The notes beneath the pieces were generated by a model. It saw nothing but the letters and a program-made list of their open reading frames with translations. It did not search any database and was not told the DNA's origin. From the NCBI GenBank assembly GCA_002269645.1, contig NIVC01001008.1, positions 248,001-312,000 of the forward strand: 64,000 nucleotides of DNA. Direction: 5' to 3'. Positions 51,584 to 62,819 of this stretch are shown one piece after another. This DNA comes from Macrostomum lignano. Lineage: Eukaryota. The translations under genes were made by a program, and so were the position numbers. Numbering within the stretch: the first letter of the stretch is position 1; each line of letters starts with the position of its first letter.

Positions 51584-51907
51584 CTGTCAGTGCATTTTAT
51601 TGACTAATTAATCATTGCAGCTTTGATGTCGCTAGGCACAAAATCAATGGCAAACTAATAAACGAATTACTGAGAAAATACTTGTCTATAACAGCATCCA
51701 TATTAACAGAGTTAGGGTAAATTTGTTAAATAGTGTTTATGAATGATCTAGGTAAAGTTGGACTAAAAAACTATCCAAAATAAATCTGAATTTCACTAAA
51801 AACTTGATTTTAATGCTGGTATAATTTGAAAGATAATCATACAAAAATCCTTTTTTTCAAAAAAATTCTTTCTTTACTTATTAAAAAAAGCTATGGAAGA
51901 TGCATTA

Positions 51908-52405
51908 CGAGGGCTGAGCAATAAGTTTCTGGATGTGCATAGTTGAGAGGCGGCTGACAAAATCAATGTTTGCCTGCCAGAAGTGCTGAGCGCTCTCTCT
52001 AGGCGTCGCCCAAGGACTCGAGCTCGGGGCATCCTTCTCCATCACGACAACGCTCCGGCCCACAAGGCTCGACAGGTGGCCGAGTTCCTGGCCGGAGAGC
52101 GCATTCAAGAGCTCGGTCATCCACCCTACAGCCCCGACCTGGCCCCCTGCGACTTTTTTTTGCTTCCACAAATCAAGCGCAGGATGCATGGAATCCGCTA
52201 TGGATCACCAGAAGCTGCAGTGGAGGACTTCATCCGGTATGTGGAGGAGGTGCATGCTTCAGATTGTTCCAGCTGCTCCAGCAAGTGGTTTGAGCGCATG
52301 AAAATTTGCATCGAATCTGCTGGAGAGTACTTTGAAAAGATATAACTGTTTTTTCTTTAACTATTTCTGTCTGGGCAAATGCAGAAACTTATTGCTCAGC
52401 CCTTG
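51908..52405 (+). mobile_element. Mariner (DD34D) internal-deletion derivative in UBE2L3 intron 1
   Basis: 24-bp TIRs CGAGGGCTGAGCAATAAGTTTCTG / CAGAAACTTATTGCTCAGCCCTTG (1 mismatch); TA at both flanks; stop-free transposase C-terminus with HDNA and YSPDLAPCD, 34 residues between the catalytic Asps. Confidence 0.96.
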
Positions 52406-55400
52406 TAGAACCATATTCTAGATCATGATAAATGTACTAAGTATACCAAAGGGGAAATCAACCTTAAAATTGTTTATGACAATGTTTATTGAGTTTTTAA
52501 CTAGCCTAATAAATATACAATAATATAAACATTTAAATCAAAATAGCTACCAAAGTAAAAAATGTCAAATTTAATTCATTATAGACAAAAAATTTATATG
52601 AATCAAAGTATCCAATCTTACAAATCTACATAATATGAGTAATAATTATTTTTTATGATTAAACTGCAATGTTGATAAACTTTTGGCATGGCTTGATAAG
52701 CATTATGAATTTTATTTTTAACTATATTGGAAAGGTGCACAATAAATGATTGAGATAGTAGGGGCTAAAGTTATAATGAATGTTTTTACTTTCAATGCAA
52801 AGGGCTTAGGGAAACTCTTAAGTACTAAGGTTCAGACTTACATAATAAAGATTTTCACTGCCATATACACACTGGATAGTTAGGAAGGATGCTAGGGGCT
52901 AAAATAAAGATACAGTTATAGCCACTTTTCTTATAAATAATTAAGACCCAAGACTTAAGAAATATATATACCAGATAAAATAGTTTCAGTAATAACTGGA
53001 TATCAAACACTTATTTTTCTTGTAGGATTTCATTTCTATATACATGCAAGGATATATCAATAAGCTATTAATTCATGCATATACCATGTCACTTTATCTT
53101 TTAAATCTTTTAATCAAGATTTACTATATATTAGGAGGCTATGTATTGACAAAATATTGCTATCTTGGCATTAGCTATTATGACAGGTTATATATAATAA
53201 GTTAAACTGGTCCTCCTTTTGTCTTAATCATTGGATCCTATATTATAGTAAATCATAGACTATTGCTATAATAACTATAGCTATATTTATAACTAACTAT
53301 AACTATAACTTATATAACTAATTCTATAGCTATAGTTGTAGCTATAGTTAAAGTTAAAGTTTTATGACCAAAAGTTATACACAGTGTTGTATTGCGTGAC
53401 TCATCAAGTGTATATTAAATACATTTGCTACATTCTTTTAAACCCCCTTTTGCTTTTAAGCATGTCATGCAATGTACTCACATAGTTTAATCTAATAGTC
53501 TATGAATTTTTCATAGGTTTGGTTTTACCAAGTATATAATATCAGCTTATGAGCTTTAAAGCTCAATCTTTGGACCTCTTGCACTAAGCAAACTAAAGAG
53601 TTGTTTTAATTAATAAGTTATTAAAACTACTTAGTTATGTCTATTAATATTATATTTATAGATATAGGGCAATTTCTGACTAAGAGTTGATTAAGTCAAT
53701 TTTTATTGTCAATAGTTAGTATTAGTAATAATTAGATCCTCCTTTGTTGATACTCAAAAATATTAGAGATGTATATCCTAGTCTATTAAAAATCTAGACT
53801 ATAGTCTGCTTCATTATAATTATACTAGAAATCTCTTGTATAAGTTTAGAAAACTTAACCTTGGTATAACTCTTACATATAGCATAATAATTGATAGAAA
53901 AATGGATTGGCAAAAATGGCTAGCATAAATAACTATGTTTTTTCTTATGGCATTATTATAATATACTATATAAGTTATTCATTTTTGAAAAATGGAGAAT
54001 TTAAATAACTATATTTTATTTTTTGTAAAATCTTAAACAAAGTTTTAATTCTAGAAGCTATGCTTAATGCAACTTTTTAAATCATTTTTTGATATTTTTA
54101 TCTGTTATGTGTAGTATACAGCAGCCTAAGCCTAGCTTAAATATAATGAAAAAAAAGATTAACAACTTTTCTAGCATAACTCTAAGCATAAAATATAGCA
54201 TATAAATCTTGATCTAATAGAAATATAGAACTGTAGAAGCCTTTTAGTTATTGAATAAGAGCAAGGTGGTGGTTTTTTAAGTAGTTTATCAATGGAAATC
54301 AGATAGGGGATTTGAAGAGAGACAAATAAGGAGGCATGATTTGTGTTGCTGCAGTTGCCATATATTTATAGACTTGTAAATGCTTTCCAGAATTTCTAGA
54401 AAGATTGAACACATCTTAAAAAAGCAATTAAACACTTAATTATATCTATATAACACAAATACAGTGCTAGGCAAGTTACTCACAATCTAAGGCAAGTAGA
54501 TGGACTAATGGGCAATAGGCAATGTGCAATGGGCAATGGCAATCAATCATTAATTAAAATTTCATAAATGATAAAATGAACAAATATCAATAATTTAATA
54601 TAAAGTAAAATAAACAGAACAGTATAAAATGGTATAGTGTAGTGCAGTGCCAGTGGACTTGTGAAGACTATAGATGAATTTCTTTCTTTAGTTGTTTGTT
54701 TCTAAGAACTAAACAAAATATTTTTATTAACATGAAAACAAAAATAGAAATATTTTACTGAAATTTAAAACATGTTTCAAGTATTTCTTCATTAATTAAA
54801 ACATAATACCATACAATACTATTAACTTAATTTTGAATTTAGGAATAGCAAATGCTAAAAAATGTGACAACTGGCAAAATAGTTAAGCATATTAGTTTTA
54901 AATTTAAATATTGCAATTGTTGCAAAGTAACTATAAAGGATTTAACCAGACTTCCCAAATTTGAGTAACCTTAGCCTACCATTACTCCATTATCAAAATA
55001 GGAAAGCAACTTGCATAAGGAATGCTTTATAAAAAAGTAACTTGTATTACTATTTGAAAGTTACTCAGTAATAGAAGTGCCTAACACTGCACAAATATAA
55101 GTAAAATATTAATAATTAAGTATTAATTACTTATTTACTATTTAAAATGCATACTTTACAGATAAGATGCTGACTAAAAAAAATTCTAGAAAGATATAAA
55201 GAATGTTTTGACTTTTAGACATCTGACAAAATTTTGAGAAAGTTATTAAAGTATATTACAGACCTATATCTATTGGATATCTGGATCCAAATTTATTTGA
55301 GATCCATCTTCATCTATCAATGATCTGTCTTAAAGATAGATCAAAAAAATTAATATAAGAAGAAAATAAAAATAATTTAAAGCTACACACTAGTTTACTA

Positions 55401-55994
55401 GGTCCTAATTAGTAAGAGATAGCCTATATATAGAGAAAATTTTTAGATATGGTAAAAATTTTTTAGATATTGTGCCAATAATATGAAGTGTAGACTGAAA
55501 TTAATAAAAAAATGTTCAAGACTAGGCTAGGCATACAAACCTATAATACAAAAAATAAGTTAAAACATGACATTAGCTCTACTACAATAACTATTAAAAA
55601 CAATGAAATAAATTATATAGAATAATCAATGACTAGGCCTATAATACACTTTTGCATTTTTGTAAAAAAAACTCAAAACTCTTAAATTGAATTTCTTTAT
55701 TTGTCAAAAAACTTGACTAGGCTTAAGTATTGAAATTGTCCCAATACTATAGTATACTATAGTACTATAGTATATACTATATATATACTATACTATAGTA
55801 TACTATAATCACTAATAAGAATACTATACTAAGATCTATAATCTTAGCCTCACCCTCAGTTAGAAACAATATACTAGAAAAATAATTTTTATTCTTATTA
55901 GTGATTGCTAACTGATGCTAAGTAAGTAATTTTTGCTGAATGTATTTCATTACTAGGTTAACTGAAAACTAAATAGCTAGATGAGGTATAAGCA
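52406..55994. other. AT-rich CpG desert in UBE2L3 intron 1
   Basis: Only one CG dinucleotide (about 53395) found by eye in about 3.6 kb, while GC dinucleotides are common. Confidence 0.9.
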
Positions 55995-56127
55995 CGCTGA
56001 AAACTTAGAATGTCAAACTAGGAACCAATTTTAAATACTAGAAGCATAGAGCCAAAGGCATAGGCGCTCAAAGGCTCCGATAGTATGTTGATCATTGATT
56101 TATAATTATTCAGCAGGGAAAACATAC

Positions 56128-56157
56128 CTTTTGCAAACGTCGCGTGGCAGCACCCAT
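56128..56157 (-). CDS. UBE2L3: UBE2L3 coding exon 1 (spliced product 155 aa)
   Basis: ATG GGT GCT GCC ACG CGA CGT TTG CAA AAG|gtatgt = MGAATRRLQK, matching the MAASRRLMK first exon of UBE2L3; phase 0. Confidence 0.93.
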
Positions 56158-56532
56158 CTAGTAGAGGAAATTCAGCAAAAGCTATAATCTACAACCGAAT
56201 AAATGATCTGTGAGTTTAGTTAATTAATTATGACCGGATTTTCAGTTCTCGGTTCAGTTCCGAAATTTAAATTAATTCACTCCGGATTGCCTCTAAATAG
56301 TTAGTGTATAAACAAAGTAAAAACATTTCTGCTCCAGTTGCACTTAAACATCGAATAAAAAAGCATTTCCACTGCAATAAATACTTAAATTATATTATTT
56401 TTTATGATAGTTTTACATTTTTTTGTATTTTTTTCGTCGGTCATTTTAGCGCGCATATGAAACTTATGCACACGAAATTCAAAAGCACATTGCTTTCGAA
56501 GTGCTTTGAATGAGAATACACTAAGGCAAAGG

Positions 56533-56724
56533 CAGTGGCGCAACCAGGTGGGGGCGGGGGGCGGTCGCCCCCCTCTTATAGGCGCGGAGACCCAAAAAAT
56601 CAAAGAATCAAAGGGGGACCAAGCGAATTTTCGCCAAAACAGAGCCACCCCGTCCGCCCCACCTCCCGGGACTTTACCCTCCAGAATCCGACCCCCCCTC
56701 ATAAAATTTCTGGTTGCACTACTT
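56533..56724. mobile_element. hAT-like MITE with imperfect TIRs, upstream of UBE2L3
   Basis: CAGTGGCGCAACCAG / CTGGTTGCACTACTT (12/15 complementary); GC-rich insert in AT-rich flanks; no TSD recognisable. Confidence 0.55.
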
Positions 56725-57145
56725 AACGAAAGTTTCCTTACACACCCTCTTTTTAATATAAATATATAATTATATTATATTTCAATATAAAATTATAATA
56801 TTAATTACATATTATAATTATAATTTTAATTTTAATTTTACTTACATGTATATATAATTATATAATTAAAAAAGATATTTAATTTATCTGCACTTTCTTT
56901 GAAAATTTAACCTCAAAAAAATAAAATATAAGCATTAAAAGTCATGATCAAATGTCTTCTGCTGAGCAAAACTGTCACTCTATAATGATGGTATTAAATA
57001 TTTACGCGTAGATGAACTTTGTTTTAGTTTTTAGTTACTCTTAAGACTAGAAAAAAAATTACCTGGGACTATATGAAGTATAACTTGTTTCAACTAATTG
57101 TTTTACTTAAATGAATAAAAATATATACAATGTAAAAGTTAGCTC

Positions 57146-58200
57146 ATAACAGCAACAACAACAACAAATTATGCAGCTAGCAATCAAAGTCACAGAGCAG
57201 GGTCTTCAGATGGCGCGCCGCAGAGCCTGAGAGCGGACGAAGTCCGCCCCGTTGGCAGTGTCGGGCGCCCTGGTGTCGCGTACGTAGGAGCAGTCCACGT
57301 ATCGACGGGTTTGGGCCTGACCCCGCCTGAGCGGGCCCTGCAGAGTGAGCAACAGGACGTCCTGAACAGGTTGGGGGCAGTAGCCCTCGGCCCGGATCAC
57401 GTACGTGGCCCGCCAGTTGAAGTCGCCGCCGGCGCAGGATGGTGGACGGGCGCTGCAGCTTGGCCCGATCGTACAGGGCCTCAGTCCCGACGCTCTAGTC
57501 AGCTCGAAAGGTCGCACCGAGCAGCCCTGAATGCGCCGAGTCCTGCAGCTGCCGCTCTAAGCGTAGCCGTCAGTGTCCACGTCTCGGCGTTGTAGAGCAC
57601 ACCGCCTGACACAGCCGACGAGCCCTCTGGCGGTCGGGCAGCGCTTCGGACTGGACGTCGGCCCGGATCGAACGGAAGGCCGCCCAGGCAAGTCCTCGGC
57701 GCCGCCGGATCGAGGTCTTCGTCCACGTGAGGCACCAGACCGCCGAGTAGGTGATCCCGCTGGTAGCGTGCGCGCGAGCGTGGTCATCTGCCCGTCTGCG
57801 AGGCGACATGTCAGGTCCGCTAGCGCTGTGATGTCGGCCGGCACAGTCAGCACCTAGGTCTTAGCGTGTTGACAACCAGTCCGACACTCAATGCCACCTT
57901 GACCAACCTGTCGATCTGGCGGGATGCCACCTTGAACGGACGAGGACAGGAGGGCGAGTTCGTCGGCGTAGCCAAGCAAATAATAATAAGGCGCTTTTTG
58001 CCGTGGCGGCGACCGATGCGTCTGCGCAGCGCAGGAAGCCGTCGTTAGCCGAGGAGACTGCGCTCCGAAGCACCCAGTGGCAGCAGCACGAAGAGAAACG
58101 GCGCCAAAGTGTCGCCATGCAGAACTCCTGATGAAGTGTCGAACTGATGATGATTTACAAGTATGTAATCGCCCTATAGTGAACCGTCTTCTCATGGGGG
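57146..58200 (-). mobile_element. Decayed RTE-clade LINE (RT 3' half)
   Basis: Across frameshifts: FDTSSGVLHGDTLAPFLF (RT motif B), LGYADELALL, YLGGLVP, RRRGLAWAAF, LYNAETWTLT, VIRAEGYCPQPVQDVLLLTLQ; (TTG)n tail at about 57146-57168. Confidence 0.88.
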
Positions 58201-58729
58201 AAGGATCAGATCGTATGACTATATGGATGGCTGCCCGCCGTCTATGACCAGACTATGACCGACAGATCGCCCTTCAGGTTGTCCCGCCCATGCATATTGA
58301 TAACCTTTTGGTAGTGCTATATTAGAGACGCGGTAAGGACCCAAATGTGCCCCATCGATAGCTAAGGTGCAAATATTGATCATCGGGGTTATTGCATGAC
58401 CCACTGGCTGCCACCACTCTGTGACCTGGCGAACCTGGATCTACGGTATGACCAGACCTGGCGAGGCCGGAGCCCCGCCTGGGATGGGTATCAAAGGGTT
58501 GGAGCTAGCGGCGAGCAGCATGCAGCCGAATAGCTAATAGGAATCTGCTTGGGCACAAATCGAGAACTCCGGGATCATACAGACGGATTTTTATCAGGGG
58601 ATCTTTTAAGGCTGTGATGACATACGGTTCAGATTGCAAAAAGTACATGTAGTGTATAGAGAACACGTAGAACAGCTATACGTGTACATCTAGTTTGGAT
58701 TGATCAATGGGTTCGGGCCTGGCTCCTCA

Positions 58730-59040
58730 TATGAAAGGTTTTCCTCTCCACATGGAGCACCAGACCGCTGATGTGATGAACCACTGCTGGCAGCGAACGT
58801 CTGCGTCGTGGCATGTCAGGTCCGCTGATACGTCAGCAGACACAGTCAGCATCTCGGTCTTCAATATGCTGTCAACGCTTGAACCCACCTCTTTCTGTGC
58901 TTTCAACAGACGAGAAAAAAAGGCTGAGGTCGCCAGCGTTGCCAAACAAGCTCAGGTGTTTTTTGCCGCTGTGGCGAACGATGCGTCTCCACAACAGATA
59001 AAAAAGCAGGAAGAAATTTCAGCATTCGAGGTGTGCCACG
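58730..59040 (-). mobile_element. Second, more diverged RTE RT fragment
   Basis: Homologous to 57790-58130 (CATGTCAGGTCCGCT..CACAGTCAGCA..GGTCTT shared); KTEMLTVSADVSADLTC versus LTVPADITALADLTC. Confidence 0.7.
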
Positions 59041-61496
59041 AAGCTCACAGATGTTCAATTGAAAAGATATTTTTTAAATAGACATGTGAATATCCCAAAT
59101 ATTGTAACTTGTCTCTTTTAATATAATTGCACAGTATACATTTAGCCTATTTAAAATCGCTTGGGATTGAATAAAAGGGCGGTTGGTTGAATTCAAACTA
59201 TTTGGTAAAGCAGGAGGAACGAAAATAAAACTTATAGAGATTAAATACACTATGTTGCAAAAACGAATCTATACATGTACATTGTACTACGTGTACTATC
59301 CAACATGTGTACTCGTACATCCCATGATGTGCCCTTAACTGAATGCACATGTACATGTGCTACAATGTGCATACATGTCTACCGTGTACTGAGTTCTGTA
59401 CTGCATGTGCTGTCACGAAGACTTGATTATTTAAAAAGTCAGCATACAGGTTTACTGATAAATGGATGGACTTCTGGTAATGTACATGTACAATACTCAA
59501 TTACGAACTCATCTTTCTCGTCGTCTCAATGGAGCAATGTCGTCTTAATGAGCAAGCTCATCCCACATTATTGCTATCGTTATTCGAGTCTGTCAATCAG
59601 CAATCAGACTATTAAAATATGCCTGTTGATATCTCGAGTGTCCATTTGTGTAGTGACCCTGCTAGCGCAAAGCCTTCGGCGACATTGTCTCTGCACAACC
59701 TCGCATCGTCTGAGGCTATTCTTCCCACTCTACTGACTCCTGAGCACACACAATTTCAATAATCCTGTCAATTTTCCTGTACATTCAAGTGACCGAATCA
59801 AACCAGGGGTCGTAGCGTGAGATTCAGACGCATTTATCGCTGCTGCTCTGTCCCCTTGGGCTTAGAGGCCTATGCGTTCAACAAAAAATTGCCAATTTTA
59901 ACCACTTCTAACAGAATCGTACATGTACATATGTACTGCTGCAGAACTTTATCCTATATATCCTATCAAGTCTTAAAATCATTGATAAAATTAAAGGCGG
60001 ACGAATAGAACTTTGTGTCTGCAGCGTCTAGTGTCGATCGTCCTTAAATTTCCTCCAAGCACCCTCTACGGGAGACTGACAACCTGCCGTTGCGCCGGCG
60101 ACACGAGGACGACGCGTCGTTAATCCTGGTTAGCGTTTTAACGTATCTAACGTGAAATTACGGGGAGTTAATCCGGGTATTACGGCGACTAGGTTCGGCA
60201 GCTATAATTGCACATTCCATGACTGTCATTACCGTCAAGTGACATTTCAATCAATGAAGGTTTAAAAGTCTTAGTTATCTGTCAATACGTTAATGACGTC
60301 TATGGTTCTGAGGGCCAAAATTGCACGAATACGAGGGAGCCCTGTGCATATCCATCGTATTATTCCTATAGCTTTCGAAGGCCAAAGTAATATTCATACA
60401 GACTAAATGAAATGAAATGTTGTGGTCCGATTTCTATACATGTTACATAATGTATGCACGATTACATATACCTATTTCGGCACGAGAAATCTAGGGACTA
60501 TACCCATGCTTCACGGCGCCCTCAGATTATTTTATTAACGCCTGCAGATCATGGTTTAGCCATATGATTGTACCATAGACATTTTAGCGAAGTCACGCTA
60601 ACCAGTGAAATATTCAGTGTGAGGGGCAAAGCCCCCACAACGACCATAGACCACATGTATGTATTCCTTCATGAAAAAATTAACTAAGGTACGAGAATTT
60701 AATTTTACTTAAAATTATTCCTTGTTGTCTATGGCCATTGGCAGAGTTTTTGCTATTAATTGCTGAGGTTCCAAGCGGGCTTTAGTGTTGTCTATGGCCA
60801 ATGTTCTACCACGCCTGGCAAAGAAATACTGTGCTTTTTTGTTAGTATTTTGATTATCGTTGTAGCTCGTACTTGCCATAACCTACTAAACATACAGTTC
60901 CCGAGGTGGACAACAAAAATGCAGAGGGGGGGGGCACAGGAAGTTTTCGGTTGTTTATTCTAAACTTTAATTCTAATTTGAGCTTTGAATGAAACAAGTA
61001 CACGCAGTATGCGTTCGTCCTAGGTTTGATTCACGCGTGCTGCCAGACTTCTGATTTTACATGTAGACATTTAGATTTCTGATCGAAAGGTGCAATTTTC
61101 ATGAGATGTTTTTTCCTGAAATCAAGCATAACTTGATAGATTCCTTCATAATACCCCTTCATAATACCCTATATTTGCCTGTCTTCAATAATACCCTTTC
61201 TCAAACGTTAATGCTTACCTTCATTCCGATGGTGGGACACTGTCCTTTTAGTGAGAAAATACTAGTAGACAACCTTCCTATCTCGCTAATGAGCTAAAGC
61301 AGCAGAGAGCAAGCCGCAACGTCTGGTTATATTTACAAGATTCGCAAGCGTAGGGCGTTCTTCTACATCAACTTTAGCTGTCCATGCTTCTATTTATTGA
61401 ATAATTTTTTAAGTTTATGAACACCCTCAAAGACTGGATCATCAGTAAGGTGGGAGTGTTCGGTGGTTAAATATAAAATAGCCAGTCAGAGTTTGC

Positions 61497-62819
61497 TCAG
61501 GCTCTGAAGTCGTGAATCTCAGCCCGGTCTGAAGCATTTGGCTCAGCGGCGTTCCTTCGACCGGCGAGTCGGGCCCTGCCGCCTCGACCAGCGCTGCTGA
61601 CGCCTCCGGCCCCGCCTCTGCGAACGGTCGAGCTTCGATAGCCGGCGGCGTTGCCGCAACCGCAGCAGGCGGACAGTCGGGCGCGCAGCTGGCGCCGGAA
61701 CTTGTTGCCGCACAGGCAATAGAGAAAAAAGTTGGCAGAATGGTTGGCGTACATGAGCAGCTGGGCGCAGGTCTGGGCCAGCAGGTAGCGGCTATGAAAG
61801 CCGCCGTCCGAGTCGTCAATGGAAACAAAGTCGCACAGATAGGTGACCACCTTCAGGGTGGTGATCGGCAGAGCGGCGATCAGGAACAGGCCGGACACGG
61901 CTAGCAGAGTCACCGTCAGCTGTCGGAAGTTGCGGGTGTAGCCGGAGCTGCGCCGCTGCCGATTCAGGCGCTGCCACCGCTGCTGCTGCGGGCTGTTGAA
62001 AGGAGCCGAGTTGCGCTGCCTAGGGAGCATCTGGACAGCCATGGAGGACGAGCGAGAGCGAGAGCGGTCACGAGACGGCGTGCCAGTTGTCGCCTCTCCG
62101 AAGGACTTCCTCACGATCAGTCCGGACTGGCCGGCGGTGGCGGCCGCCGTGCGCAGGACGTGCACAATGCGGCAGTTGCAGGCCAGGATGACGCAGAACG
62201 GCAGGATGCAGTACAGTGCGGAGTCCAGCCAGGCCAGCGGTCCGGCCAGGTCCCGGTGCGGCTGGGCGATGCCGCACACCGGGCTGGTCTCGTTGGCGCC
62301 CGGCCAGCGGTGCTCGTACAGGCGCAGCAGGAACAGCCAGTGGCAGTTGGCCAGCACGGAGGCGCCGGCCAGCAAGCAGATGACCAGGCGGGCGCGGCCA
62401 ACTGACGCGGCTGCGTCCGGTGCTGGACGGTGCAAGGCGGCGCTGCTGCTGTGCACCATGCCGACGCGTTCTAGTGTGACGGCTACGATCAGCCAGACGC
62501 TGAGCTGGCTGGCTGCGCTGAATAGGAACTGGGAGCCGGCGCAGGTGGCGCTGCTCACCAGGCCGATGTTGAAGCCGAGGGCGTGGCGCAGCCAGTCCTG
62601 CAGGAGGCCGCTGCTCAGCGCCAGCTGATCGGCGAGTCCCAGCGCTAGCAGGTAGGCGAAGGTGCCGCAGCGGCCGCGCCAGAGGACCCACACAGCCAGC
62701 AGGTTGCCAACGGTGCCAACCGTTAGCAGGCAGGGAGCGGCGGCCCATTCGAGCCATTTGTGAGCTCGAAACTCGGCGAACTGGTCGAATAGTTCGTGCT
62801 CGTATGGTAAAAGAAACAT
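61497..62819 (-). CDS. Class A (rhodopsin-like) GPCR, peptide/FMRFamide-receptor-like orphan, single exon, 440 aa
   Basis: Seven hydrophobic helices; GN(TM1), LALGLAD(TM2), Cys plus LERV(TM3), ECL2 Cys, YCILPF(TM5), FLIAALP(TM6), NHSANFFLY(TM7), GNKFR helix 8; AATAAA about 100 nt downstream. Confidence 0.95.
   Translation of the reverse strand: MFLLPYEHELFDQFAEFRAHKWLEWAAAPCLLTVGTVGNLLAVWVLWRGRCGTFAYLLALGLADQLALSSGLLQDWLRHALGFNIGLVSSATCAGSQFLFSAASQLSVWLIVAVTLERVGMVHSSSAALHRPAPDAAASVGRARLVICLLAGASVLANCHWLFLLRLYEHRWPGANETSPVCGIAQPHRDLAGPLAWLDSALYCILPFCVILACNCRIVHVLRTAAATAGQSGLIVRKSFGEATTGTPSRDRSRSRSSSMAVQMLPRQRNSAPFNSPQQQRWQRLNRQRRSSGYTRNFRQLTVTLLAVSGLFLIAALPITTLKVVTYLCDFVSIDDSDGGFHSRYLLAQTCAQLLMYANHSANFFLYCLCGNKFRRQLRARLSACCGCGNAAGYRSSTVRRGGAGGVSSAGRGGRARLAGRRNAAEPNASDRAEIHDFRA

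Noticed and set aside
54300-54362. ATG GCA ACT GCA GCA as UBE2L3 exon 1
   Set aside because: It runs into a stop without a donor; the true exon MGAATRRLQK|gt lies at 56157-56128.
58126-58152. Hammerhead-like CTGATGA..GAA words
   Set aside because: No flanking helices; the bases are the antisense of the RT motif FDTSSG.
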